From the IMG/VR virus record IMGVR_UViG_3300031951_000033: a stretch of 64,000 bases of DNA; one strand, given 5' to 3'. Below the pieces are notes generated by a model. That model did not search any database. It worked only from the letters and a program-made list of their open reading frames with translations, and was not told where the DNA came from. Numbering within the stretch: the stretch's first letter is position 1; each line of letters starts with the position of its first letter. Below, in pieces: positions 1 through 8,848 of the stretch. This stretch comes from an uncultured virus (IMG/VR IMGVR_UViG_3300031951_000033). Taxonomy: Duplodnaviria; Heunggongvirae; Uroviricota; Caudoviricetes. Position numbers and translations under genes: made by a program.

Positions 1-136
1 CAGTATCTTCCAAAGTTTATTCAGTTTTGTCTTGAAACTTACGACGATACCTACAGCCTATAACAAATGAAAACAAAGCCCTTCGTCATCACACCCCGTA
101 TTGCTGAGACCCTGAGCAAGCTCGTGAACAGCTTTG

Positions 137-517
137 TTACTCTTCTATGATGCCTTCTAGCATAGCTAGCTCATGCTGTGCGACAAATATGTCTTTTATG
201 TCTGCGATGTCCTTCATGCTCAGTTTGGGTACAAGCACATCTTGCTCTAGCAGCTTGTTTATCTCATTTTGCAGCATATCCAAGTTATTCTTAGAGAGCT
301 TGTACGTCTCATTCTCTATGATTGGATTTCCCTCTTCGTCCTTTTCTGCAAGACTTTTAAGGCGGCCGATACGAATCTCATGAAAGTCTTTGTTTTTTGA
401 ATACACCACTCTATTTATCTCTCTCAGTTTAAGTGCTGCTGCTAATGGTAGCTTGCCTTCGGATAGTCTAGACAAGGCCTGTTGAAACATATCTGATGTA
501 ATAACTGCTAACTTCAT
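137..517 (-). CDS. hypothetical phage protein (possible tail-fibre-associated/DUF1617-like)
   Basis: 126-aa ORF with GGAG SD and an upstream TATAAT; 'AEKDEEGNPII' pattern is typical of this small phage family. Confidence 0.5.
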   Translation of the reverse strand: MKLAVITSDMFQQALSRLSEGKLPLAAALKLREINRVVYSKNKDFHEIRIGRLKSLAEKDEEGNPIIENETYKLSKNNLDMLQNEINKLLEQDVLVPKLSMKDIADIKDIFVAQHELAMLEGIIEE

Positions 518-549
518 TTATATGGCTCCTGTTGTGAGATAATTATACT

Positions 550-876
550 ATGAACAGTTTAGATCGCTTAAGGAAACAATGGGTTAGGATGGTTAACAGT
601 CTTAACTCTAACGGAATACCACTGCCCACCGTCAGAGATCCCAAAACAGGCAGAGGATCTGTGGCCCTCACTTTAGTGGTTATAAGCTCGTTTATGGTGG
701 TGGCTGCCCTGATAGGCAAATTTTCTAATTTTTTGCAGGGCGTCGATATATCCAACGCGTTGCAGTTCTTTTATGCTTCGTCTGGTCTTTATTGGGCGCG
801 CAAGTTTAACTCGGATTCAGGTCCTGATTCGAAATCTCCAAAAGATGCTTCAGAAGCGCCTCGAGCTCAAGAATAG
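550..876 (+). CDS. holin-like membrane protein
   Basis: 108 aa, two hydrophobic segments, charged C-terminal tail. Confidence 0.5.
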   Translation: MNSLDRLRKQWVRMVNSLNSNGIPLPTVRDPKTGRGSVALTLVVISSFMVVAALIGKFSNFLQGVDISNALQFFYASSGLYWARKFNSDSGPDSKSPKDASEAPRAQE

Positions 877-1009
877 CCGCTTCGGTTTTATGTATGTTGA
901 TCTCGTTAGACTTTATTGCATTTTCTAGCATCGAACGGGCTTCTACAGCATCGCCTAGTTCTTCTCTTAATTTTGTTAGCCTATTGCCTATAATTTCAGA
1001 TACTTGCAT
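806..1009 (-). CDS. small coiled-coil hypothetical protein
   Basis: heptad-rich 67-aa ORF; TATAAT 6 nt upstream of the ATG. Confidence 0.55.
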   Translation of the reverse strand: MQVSEIIGNRLTKLREELGDAVEARSMLENAIKSNEINIHKTEAAILELEALLKHLLEISNQDLNPS

Positions 1010-1091
1010 TATGGGATTATACTACAGGCGGTATTGTTTTAGTTTGAACTGATACTTATGATACTATAATAATCACGGGGAGAACTCTGCT

Positions 1092-1382
1092 GTGACCGAA
1101 GAGATCAAAAAGCAGCTCGATAAGATAGAGGCCGTCCAGGATAAGCACCAGGAGATACTGGCCAGCATAGACAAGACTCTTGCTATACAAGCCCAGCATC
1201 TTGAGTATCATATCAAGAGAACCACAATAGCGGAAGAGAATATAGATATACTACGTAAGTCTGTAGAACCGCTTCACCGTCAGTATCATTTCTGGGGCAT
1301 GACAAAGACGGGCATACTGTTTATTGCGAGCGTTATAGCTGCAGCTTATTATTTGTTGAACTTTTTTAAGCTAATAAAATAG
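1092..1382 (+). CDS. coiled-coil protein with C-terminal TM helix (XhlA/holin-like)
   Basis: GGAG SD, N-terminal coiled coil, C-terminal hydrophobic helix. Confidence 0.55.
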   Translation: MTEEIKKQLDKIEAVQDKHQEILASIDKTLAIQAQHLEYHIKRTTIAEENIDILRKSVEPLHRQYHFWGMTKTGILFIASVIAAAYYLLNFFKLIK

Positions 1383-1440
1383 AATTCGTAGTACAATATA
1401 CTTGTTCTATTCCTTTGTTGTTTGTTGTTTGGTTGGTAGA

Positions 1441-1465
1441 CCCTGCGGGCAAGACGCTCGCAGGG
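1441..1465. terminator. likely bidirectional intrinsic terminator
   Basis: CCCTGCGGGC-aagac-GCTCGCAGGG hairpin followed by a T-run, between convergent genes. Confidence 0.7.
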
Positions 1466-1466
1466 T

Positions 1467-1859
1467 TTATTTTTTGACATACTGCTTGAATTCAGCCAGC
1501 ATGTGTGTCACGAACAGCTTGTCGTTCAGCTTCCTGTTCATGCCTGAAGGATGCTCCATAGCGTAAAACCGTAAATTAAGTGTAGTGAGCGCCCTAGTGG
1601 CCACTTTGCCTAGTGCCACTATGTGTGTGGGGTTCAGTGACTCTATCTTGCCTTTAAGTGATGGTAAGGCTGCCGTTATCTCTGTTTTGGTTAACGGCCT
1701 GTTGTTCGGCGTAGGTATATCCGAGATATTCAAGAAACGAACAGGAGCTTCTATATCGCGTATCCACGATGCGAGGATTCGTCCAGAACGCGTCGATAGA
1801 TCAAACGCATCAGTATTCACAGATCTTACGGAAGGATTAGAACCGATGAATAGGATCAC
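1467..1859 (-). CDS. uracil-DNA glycosylase superfamily protein
   Basis: ILFIGSNP, SGRIL, IVALGKVA and HPSG motifs of the UDG-like fold. Confidence 0.75.
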   Translation of the reverse strand: MILFIGSNPSVRSVNTDAFDLSTRSGRILASWIRDIEAPVRFLNISDIPTPNNRPLTKTEITAALPSLKGKIESLNPTHIVALGKVATRALTTLNLRFYAMEHPSGMNRKLNDKLFVTHMLAEFKQYVKK

Positions 1860-2596
1860 AGGTCGTCGGCCTTCAGTGGTTTTGACTTACTGAATTTAGT
1901 GCTGTTGATGAGCGCCTCTTCATCAAGTTTCTCGTCTGTAGGCCCGTAAGGCGTGTTTCTTTTTAAGGTGAGCCTTACGGGATTTTTGAGATCTATAGCT
2001 ACTACCTCGTAGGTGTTTATAACCCCTGGATTCCACTCATGGGTCATGTATATCTCATCGCCGATCTTGTAGGCGCTGAGCAAGGCGATCAACTCAGACC
2101 GATCGTGCACGCCAAACAGGCTATCTTTGTTGGATTTCATAGCCCGTCTATGCTTTGACTTGTTGTTTTTATAAGCGGCAGCGTAGTCGTATTCTATGTC
2201 TGGAGCGAGCAACGTATGCTCTGCATACTCTTCATCTACTACAAATCTGGTGTACTTGAGATTCACAGAAGACATACTGAACATGCGATCAGTGGTGCCT
2301 TTGCCGTCAGCCTTGAGTCTTTTTAGGTAACCTACGCCCTGCTCGTTCTCGTATACGTACACGTACTTGGCAGGTATCTTGCAGGACTCAGAGACATATT
2401 CGGTGATCCAGTGATCGACTTCGCTGTGTACGTTGTATGCCTTGTACTGCTTGTTGAGAATGTCGCCGACTTGAAATTTCATGCTGTCGATGCTGGCTAG
2501 ATATCTAGTAACTGGATCCAGCATATAGTCAGCTTTAATCTGCTTCTTATCTTCGAGCGAAAGATCAATCAGTTTCTTGTTCTTCTGCGACTCCAT
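1856..2596 (-). CDS. hypothetical protein
   Basis: 246-aa ORF overlapping neighbours in an operon. Confidence 0.7.
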   Translation of the reverse strand: MESQKNKKLIDLSLEDKKQIKADYMLDPVTRYLASIDSMKFQVGDILNKQYKAYNVHSEVDHWITEYVSESCKIPAKYVYVYENEQGVGYLKRLKADGKGTTDRMFSMSSVNLKYTRFVVDEEYAEHTLLAPDIEYDYAAAYKNNKSKHRRAMKSNKDSLFGVHDRSELIALLSAYKIGDEIYMTHEWNPGVINTYEVVAIDLKNPVRLTLKRNTPYGPTDEKLDEEALINSTKFSKSKPLKADDL

Positions 2597-2825
2597 AAAT
2601 TTCCAATCCGCTTTCTTTTGACTCGATTATGTCTAGTGCATTGGGTTCACCCGGCGATACGTAAGACACATTATTGTTGTCGGGCGTTTTAAGTCGTTTC
2701 ACTTTTATCTTTTGCTTAACTGGTCCTCTTTTCGGGCAGATAAACGTGATCTCTTTCTCGTACACTTCTTCGAGGTACTTGTCGCTGTTATTGCTTGTTG
2801 TTGTCGCTTTCTTGGGTCTTGCCAT
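2565..2825 (-). CDS. hypothetical protein
   Basis: 86-aa ORF in operon. Confidence 0.6.
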   Translation of the reverse strand: MARPKKATTTSNNSDKYLEEVYEKEITFICPKRGPVKQKIKVKRLKTPDNNNVSYVSPGEPNALDIIESKESGLEIYGVAEEQETD

Positions 2826-3360
2826 TTTCGTCCATCCACTCTGCTGTCATTACTTGTTGTATCGCGGATAAGTATACCCTCATGGGATAAGACGAGCTTC
2901 CCTGCTCTACAATATCTTTCCATTGCTTGAATGTGCCGGTAACCATAAATACAGTGTACACATTAACCGGAGTCAGCAGCTGAGCCAGATACTTATCACA
3001 GCCGTCTTCTTGGTACGCCTTGATATTTATGAGCAATACTGCCGTAGTTCGCTCCATGTCTTGAGCTATAAGCCTAGACGTCTCTAAGTCGTGTGCTGAT
3101 ATCTCGCCCTCGTTAGGTAGATAAGCGTCTAAGTCCTCTCTAACCGGAGCGTTGATTATCCTGAGCTCTTTGTCTGCCAACGCCTTAGATATGAAAAGTG
3201 GCGCCTTCATGGCCAAAGTTAGAGTGGCGGACTTGTACGCAGCGGTTGGTATTTCGCCGTAAAACAAGTCAGCCCTCAAGTCTCTTAACTTCATGGAGTT
3301 AAGATTACTGTCTACAAGCGCAACCCAACCTTTGTCTAGGCATGGCAGCTTGTTAAGCAT
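2788..3360 (-). CDS. degenerate ThyX-like (flavin-dependent thymidylate synthase fold) protein
   Basis: LDKGWVALVD, KAPLFI and AQLLTPVNVYT match the ThyX scaffold; RHRxxxxxxxS signature absent; start moved to ATG 3360. Confidence 0.65.
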   Translation of the reverse strand: MLNKLPCLDKGWVALVDSNLNSMKLRDLRADLFYGEIPTAAYKSATLTLAMKAPLFISKALADKELRIINAPVREDLDAYLPNEGEISAHDLETSRLIAQDMERTTAVLLINIKAYQEDGCDKYLAQLLTPVNVYTVFMVTGTFKQWKDIVEQGSSSYPMRVYLSAIQQVMTAEWMDENGKTQESDNNKQ

Positions 3361-3775
3361 TGTCACTATTCTCCGGATCGTTAGCGTCTTGCTCGATGAT
3401 GTTTGCCTTGCATGTGTACTCCGGCTTTTCGAAGATGCCTTCAAGCATAGACTCGGTGACAATGTCGAGATAGTGGCACTCGATATAGTCTGTAGTGTTG
3501 GCGTCGAGCGTCTTCACCTTGCTGTCTCTGTTCTTGTCAAGAACTACGATTTTTGCATGATGCTGGTGCTCTTGCCACATGAAGCCTACTTCTTGACACA
3601 TCTCGGTGAAGTCGTAAGGACCGTGTACGGTAGAGGTAAGAAACTTGCCTTTGTTGGGGTCGCCTGTATTCACCGCCACCAAGAACTGCTTGTCCTTTAG
3701 TGCGCTTAGATCCATCTTCTCAAATTCTGCTACGAAGTCCTCGCTCGTATTTACTGGTAACTGTGATTCTTGCAT
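3353..3775 (-). CDS. hypothetical protein
   Basis: 140 aa, SD AAAGGG, preceded by the CCGAT motif at 3798-3810. Confidence 0.7.
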   Translation of the reverse strand: MQESQLPVNTSEDFVAEFEKMDLSALKDKQFLVAVNTGDPNKGKFLTSTVHGPYDFTEMCQEVGFMWQEHQHHAKIVVLDKNRDSKVKTLDANTTDYIECHYLDIVTESMLEGIFEKPEYTCKANIIEQDANDPENSDNA

Positions 3776-3815
3776 GTTGTGCCCTTTCGTGTTATTTTAT
3801 ACGATCGGATACAGA

Positions 3816-4607
3816 TCAGGTCTCACCCAGCATCTTAAGCACGGTGGCAGAATCTTTCTCGTAAATGTGCATGTTGTGGACTACGTGAGTGTAGTGGCCT
3901 TTAGTGAGCTCTGGGTAAGTAGTCTTAAGGTCCTCAAGCATCTTATCCATGAGCGACACAAACCACGGCAGATCGTAAGCTAACCCAAGAACTAGATCGT
4001 TGGACCGCATGACCACGCTGAAGTTTAACTTGTCGTCTCTTATCGAGAAATTGCCGTGCAGCGTGCACACCATGTCCTTGTTGCCGATCCAGAAATGTTC
4101 GGGCAGCGAGAAACGCAGTATCGCCTGTCTGGTGTCTTTGTCAGCTTTTAATGCATGAACACACCAATCCCACGGGGTACGCCTGTATTCGTCTAGCTTG
4201 TCGACCAGACCGTTATCTAGGTACTCGCCGTTATTGTTCAGGGTGTCTTCGTAATAAGCATGGCCATGCGACTTCTTTTTCCAGATCAGAAATCCGTAGG
4301 CGGAGTTGATTGTGCCGTCGGGGTTTGCGATCTTCTCCCAGAACTTAGATGCTCTTGCGAAGTCTTCCACCTTATTAGTGCAGCTGTCGTACAGGTCTGT
4401 CTCTTTCTGCGTGTAGCTTGCTATTTTGGCGTTACGCTCAGCGTCAGCCGTGACAATAGCCTCTGCAACAGGGTTCATGACCCTAAAAACATAGTCTGTC
4501 TTCTCCCTGATAGGTAAACCTCTAGGCGAAGCCTTGCTGTCGTAGTTGAAGTAAACGTCGTTGAGGACGCCTTTATACGCCTTGTGTATATCTTGATATA
4601 CTTTCAT
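3816..4607 (-). CDS. thymidylate synthase-family enzyme, T4 gp42-like dCMP hydroxymethylase
   Basis: INSAYG, D-T-RQA, DMVCT (catalytic Cys) and MRSNDLVLGLAYDLPW, with Asp at the ThyA Asn177 position. Confidence 0.8.
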   Translation of the reverse strand: MKVYQDIHKAYKGVLNDVYFNYDSKASPRGLPIREKTDYVFRVMNPVAEAIVTADAERNAKIASYTQKETDLYDSCTNKVEDFARASKFWEKIANPDGTINSAYGFLIWKKKSHGHAYYEDTLNNNGEYLDNGLVDKLDEYRRTPWDWCVHALKADKDTRQAILRFSLPEHFWIGNKDMVCTLHGNFSIRDDKLNFSVVMRSNDLVLGLAYDLPWFVSLMDKMLEDLKTTYPELTKGHYTHVVHNMHIYEKDSATVLKMLGET

Positions 4608-4612
4608 CGCTG

Positions 4613-5011
4613 TTACTCTTCTGTGTCTATCTCTCTGAATGTCTCTTCGAGATTTGAATGCCTGATACCGTACCCGTACTTGGCCTTAGTAAAGCGCTTC
4701 ATGAGTTGGCCCACACGATTGAACAGGTGCGTGTGCACGAAAGTCGACTCCTTGACAGATCTACCTTCTTTGGTGCGGTAATCAGGGTTGTAGTTGTGGA
4801 GAGCTATGCAGACCTCGACCTTGAGGTGCTGCCTGATATCGTTGATAGTGAGACCAGTGTTACCCAACGTGACCTCACCAAGATGCTTTGCTGTAGACGC
4901 TTCGTGCCAATTTTTTACCACGCTGTCGCGCAGCACCATCTCGACCATCGCGTCATACTTTTTAATGTCTTCGTTCGTCAAAATCCTCGTGTATCTTTTC
5001 CCCTCACTCAT
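4613..5011 (-). CDS. sigma70 region-2-like protein (no region 4)
   Basis: GLTINDIRQ...IALHNYNP...KESTFVHTHLFNRV resembles sigma regions 2.2-2.4; only 132 aa. Confidence 0.55.
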   Translation of the reverse strand: MSEGKRYTRILTNEDIKKYDAMVEMVLRDSVVKNWHEASTAKHLGEVTLGNTGLTINDIRQHLKVEVCIALHNYNPDYRTKEGRSVKESTFVHTHLFNRVGQLMKRFTKAKYGYGIRHSNLEETFREIDTEE

Positions 5012-5468
5012 ATTTCCTTCTCATTGCCTCCATTACGTTCATTGCATTGTCAATATGTTGTTGCTGGTCGGCATTGAGTTCTAAGTATTCGTAAAGATAC
5101 AGAAAACCCTCCAACTGACCCTCATCCAACCTTCTGTAATTTGTCAGGAACTTGTGCATCTTACTTTGTTTTGGATTTTTTAGACCGCAATTTTTCTCAA
5201 AAAAACGAATCATTGCATCCATCACCTCGCCTCTTGCCCTTGAGATAATCATCTGGGTGTCAGGCTTAAACTTCATCTCCCTTTTGTCGAAGTCTTCGCT
5301 GAAATTTTCAAATAGTATTTTTTCGATAGGACTAGCTTCTGTTCCTTTCGGATTATACTTTTTGACCAGTTCGCACTTGGCTTGCTTCCTGTCTTCTGTC
5401 GCAAAAATCCTAAACACAGGGCTTGACTTGTCAAGACCCTTGATGATATTTTCGAATACCGCTCTCAT
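5004..5468 (-). CDS. hypothetical protein
   Basis: 154-aa ORF with GGAGG SD. Confidence 0.7.
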   Translation of the reverse strand: MRAVFENIIKGLDKSSPVFRIFATEDRKQAKCELVKKYNPKGTEASPIEKILFENFSEDFDKREMKFKPDTQMIISRARGEVMDAMIRFFEKNCGLKNPKQSKMHKFLTNYRRLDEGQLEGFLYLYEYLELNADQQQHIDNAMNVMEAMRRKYE

Positions 5469-6205
5469 TGCTGTTCCTCCATAGAATAGATTGCCACGCC
5501 TTTGTGTGTCATGACCTTGAGCTTACAGAAGTTCGTGTAGGCAGCAAGATTCCCGTCTGCGATATAGTCTGCTACCCAGTAGCCCACTTTATTGGCAAGT
5601 TCTGTGTCCTTGATCTTCCACTCGTTTTCTTTAAGTAGCTTTTTCAGGCGGTTATATACCGCGCTGAACTTATTTGCCGAGGATCTTGTCCTGTAGAAAC
5701 CTCCATCGACATCGCCCATGATTTCCATGATGTCTGTCGCGCGCTTGAAGTCTAAGCGAAACCGAGACACATTACTGCGCATATAGTTTAGACCTCTGCT
5801 GCCTAGCATACTTTCGATGAGCTTATCGTCGATAGCGTGCTTTACTTTGACCATGCGTACTCCGCCTGTAAGCGTCTTGTTGATGCCGTCGAGAATCGTG
5901 CCTTCGTCTACTTGAATCTCAAAGCAGTTGATGAGCGTGTCGTGCTCATCGTACGTGAGACTATCGCCGCTGCTGCTCTTCATCTTTTTGTATGCTTCGT
6001 TGGTGTGCAGGAGTTCGTGCATGATGTCTCGCACCTCAATGTTAAGATTGTAAGAGTTTCTGGTATAAAAGATGTAAGACTCGTAGTTTAGCTCAAGTGT
6101 CTCAGGTAGTTGCGCCAAGATCTCGGCGAGTGAGCTCTCCATAGGCTCGGTTGCCTGCGAAATCCAATCTAAGTTTTCATACTTCTCGTCTTTGAACAAA
6201 GACAT
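5465..6205 (-). CDS. hypothetical protein
   Basis: 246 aa, AAGGAGG SD, CCGAT motif at 6233-6245. Confidence 0.75.
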   Translation of the reverse strand: MSLFKDEKYENLDWISQATEPMESSLAEILAQLPETLELNYESYIFYTRNSYNLNIEVRDIMHELLHTNEAYKKMKSSSGDSLTYDEHDTLINCFEIQVDEGTILDGINKTLTGGVRMVKVKHAIDDKLIESMLGSRGLNYMRSNVSRFRLDFKRATDIMEIMGDVDGGFYRTRSSANKFSAVYNRLKKLLKENEWKIKDTELANKVGYWVADYIADGNLAAYTNFCKLKVMTHKGVAIYSMEEQQ

Positions 6206-6250
6206 AGTTGTTCCTCCTTTGTGTTGTCGTTCTATATGATCGGTTGAAGA

Positions 6251-6541
6251 TCACTCGCGATTAGGCAAAACGAAGCCAGCAGCTTCTGCTTCCTTCATGG
6301 AAAGATCGCCGCGCTTCTCGTGAGAGCGTCTGGTACGCACGTAACTCACCTTTTCAAAGTGAACGAACTTGCCTTCTGGTTCAACCACTTTGTACACGAT
6401 ACCTTGATCGTCTTGAAAAAATCCGTTGATGCCGATCTCGGCAGCGAGTTCCGAAGTAGCCTTATTGAGCTCTTCGAAATACTTTTTTACTTCTTCTTTT
6501 CTTCTCTCAAGTTCTACGAACTTAGCTTGTTTCTCCGTCAT
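6251..6541 (-). CDS. hypothetical protein
   Basis: ORF from MTEKQAK; biased codon usage. Confidence 0.6.
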   Translation of the reverse strand: MTEKQAKFVELERRKEEVKKYFEELNKATSELAAEIGINGFFQDDQGIVYKVVEPEGKFVHFEKVSYVRTRRSHEKRGDLSMKEAEAAGFVLPNRE

Positions 6542-6761
6542 CTTCTGTTCCTTCTGAGTGTTGTTGCCCGTCATCAAGGATGTCGGGGAGCTTCTTAGCG
6601 ATCCGGCTGAGATGTACGTCCCAGGGAAAATGTCTCAAACACCAATAGGCTTCTTTTCTTATAGATCTAGGGACCTTTGGAGTCCGCTTTGGATCTAAAA
6701 GAGCTTCAAGAAATTCTCTGGTCTTTATCAGCGCATAGTATCGCTCGCTAGGAATAGTCAT
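6522..6761 (-). CDS. BPSL0761-like small protein
   Basis: MT.P.ER..A...TR.FL..L.DP..TPKVP..IR..A..CLRHFP pattern. Confidence 0.7.
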   Translation of the reverse strand: MTIPSERYYALIKTREFLEALLDPKRTPKVPRSIRKEAYWCLRHFPWDVHLSRIAKKLPDILDDGQQHSEGTEDDGETS

Positions 6762-6813
6762 GTTCCTTCTCCATTTTTATATAAAATCGGATCGCAAACT
6801 CGACTGTGCAGCG

Positions 6814-7350
6814 TCATTCTTTTCCGCCTTCGTGCACAGTGAATTTATTGTTGCTTTTGTGTTTCGGGTCAAGCGGTTTTTGCATTTTGATCTTTTTGTC
6901 AGCTTGCTGCACCATATATCTCGACAAAGGAACTTGCTCTATCTTGCCGCTTACGGTCTTTACGGCAATATCAGGATCTTGGCCGTCGTCAAGTATCGAC
7001 TGAAGTATGTCTAGTTTTTGGTCTTCGAGCTTGCGGATCTCAGATATTGTCTGGTTCTTGTACTGCGAGTGCAGTGAGTTCTTGGATGGTTGCTTTATCG
7101 CAGCAAGCATGTCAAGCTGATCTTGAGTTATCTTGTGCGCTTTCAATAGACGCTCTGACACAGATTTGACTATCGTGCCAGGTGCTTTGATTCTCTCTAT
7201 TATAGAGTCTTCCGTATTTTTAAGTAATTTAACTATGAGGGCTAACAGTTCAGTGTTTTGCTTGCGGTGTATGCGCCTGCTTATTTCTATGCCCATAAAA
7301 GTGGTGAGCATGCCCGCAATAATCCCTAGTGTAAGTTGTTGCGGCGACAT
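6814..7350 (-). CDS. membrane-anchored hypothetical protein
   Basis: N-terminal hydrophobic helix; SD and TATAAT upstream. Confidence 0.65.
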   Translation of the reverse strand: MSPQQLTLGIIAGMLTTFMGIEISRRIHRKQNTELLALIVKLLKNTEDSIIERIKAPGTIVKSVSERLLKAHKITQDQLDMLAAIKQPSKNSLHSQYKNQTISEIRKLEDQKLDILQSILDDGQDPDIAVKTVSGKIEQVPLSRYMVQQADKKIKMQKPLDPKHKSNNKFTVHEGGKE

Positions 7351-7387
7351 AACTTCCCCCTATGTTTGTACTCTTAAATCATTATAC

Positions 7388-7852
7388 TCACATTTTCCAG
7401 GGAGGCGGTAATCGTTTTTTCCAGTAAGCAGGTCGCTTATCATTGTGCCATTTGTGGTTCATCGTGCGCTGATACGCCTCAACTACATCTAGTTCCTTGA
7501 ACAGGCTGCAGTTGGCAAATGGAGTGAGATCGCCTTGCGGCACTAGTTGCTCGCCTTTAGCGAGCAGATAAGATATGCCTTCGCACGCATGCTTTTTGCC
7601 ATAGCGGTAAGTGTACTCGTCCATGAGCGCTACGTAGTGATCGTACAGCCACTTATAGTTGGCGGAAGTAGTCCTGGCCCACACAGTGCACGGATGATTC
7701 TTGTGCGTGATCTTGTACGGACCAGGACCATTGTGAACGACCATAGCAGTGCTGAGCATCTGAGCTGACTCGAGTATCATCTTGATGACACGCTTATCGT
7801 CGAGATTCACTGCTGACTCTACGGGATCTGGCGATGTTACGAAGATATTCAT
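7388..7852 (-). CDS. pyrimidine-dimer DNA glycosylase / endonuclease V-like protein
   Basis: MNIF...DKRVIKMILESAQMLST, YK.TH.NHPC..W, EYT.RYGK.H. Confidence 0.8.
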   Translation of the reverse strand: MNIFVTSPDPVESAVNLDDKRVIKMILESAQMLSTAMVVHNGPGPYKITHKNHPCTVWARTTSANYKWLYDHYVALMDEYTYRYGKKHACEGISYLLAKGEQLVPQGDLTPFANCSLFKELDVVEAYQRTMNHKWHNDKRPAYWKKRLPPPWKM

Positions 7853-7893
7853 ATATCCCTATTATACAAAATATAACGGGGACTATGACGCAA

Positions 7894-8250
7894 CTATTTG
7901 ATTTCAATAGTCTTTTTAGCCAACATCTTCGCGCTATACGGTATACTTACGGTGAGCACGCCGTCGGTGAGCGACGCCGTGATGTCGTCTAGGTTCATGT
8001 CTCTGCCAAGTTTGAAAGATCTGTAGTATCGCTTAGCAACGGGATCTTTGCGCTCGCCTGAGATCTTGAGCACTCCTTCGACCACATCCACCTTGACGTC
8101 TTCCTTCTTGACTCCTGGCATGTCGATGTGCACCGTCTTGCCGTTGTCTGTACTCTGAATGAATCCGTCTCCGTTTACAGTTGGTTCGCCGTTAAAAAAA
8201 TGGCTCCAGATGGTTCCGTCAGTGTTAAAGGGATCAATAGTTTTAATCAT
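7894..8250 (-). CDS. small heat-shock protein (Hsp20)
   Basis: DMPGVKKEDVKV, LKISGER, ASLTDGVLTVSIP; GGAGG SD before ATG 8250. Confidence 0.9.
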   Translation of the reverse strand: MIKTIDPFNTDGTIWSHFFNGEPTVNGDGFIQSTDNGKTVHIDMPGVKKEDVKVDVVEGVLKISGERKDPVAKRYYRSFKLGRDMNLDDITASLTDGVLTVSIPYSAKMLAKKTIEIK

Positions 8251-8307
8251 AGGTATTCCTCCTGCCACTATAGATAGTGTCAGAAAGACGTTTGTAAACC
8301 CTACGAG

Positions 8308-8847
8308 TTAATCTTGCTCGTCGATGAGTATCTTGAAGCCAGCAGCGCCCATCTCTTCGAGAGCGCGCTTTGTAGCAGTGTCAGCACAGTCGAAGGACTT
8401 AGCCAGAACGAAGGTATACAGCTCGTCAGCAGACAGATCAGACTTCTTGAGGCGCTTTTTCCAAGCTGCTAGCTTCTTGCCGTCGACCTTGTGACGGCCG
8501 CGATTCAGATGCTCTGGCACCATGCGGGTGTTAGACGCTGAGTAGCCCTTGCCGTTGTTCTTGCGATCAGGAGACAGCTTGTGGCCGGTCTTCTTCTCTG
8601 CTCTCTTGACCTGCTTTACGATGGAGTCGCGTGAGCCTCTGCCGCTGGACTTGTGGTGTGCAGTGCCGTTCTTTCCGTCCTGGCGACGAAGCGCGTCGTC
8701 GGCCTTGGTCTGCGCTCTCTGCCAGTGTCCAGGCTTCTTCTTGTTGGCAGCGAGCTTGTTGAGACAAGCTCTGCAGCGGCCAGCAGGATTAGAAGAGTTT
8801 GCAGATTTCTTGCCGCAGCGAGGGCAAGATTTCATCAGTTCTTCCAT
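8308..8847 (-). CDS. basic protein with Zn ribbon and HNH-like motif; possible head cargo
   Basis: CPRC...CRAC and SPDRKNNGKGYSASNTRMV..HLN; LMKS/LKKS/LAKS sites. Confidence 0.55.
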   Translation of the reverse strand: MEELMKSCPRCGKKSANSSNPAGRCRACLNKLAANKKKPGHWQRAQTKADDALRRQDGKNGTAHHKSSGRGSRDSIVKQVKRAEKKTGHKLSPDRKNNGKGYSASNTRMVPEHLNRGRHKVDGKKLAAWKKRLKKSDLSADELYTFVLAKSFDCADTATKRALEEMGAAGFKILIDEQD

Positions 8848-8848
8848 A

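Noticed and set aside
8372..8385. Partial GTAGCAGTGTCAG match to the 14-bp repeat
   Set aside because: Inside a coding region and lacks the partner hairpin arm; probably chance
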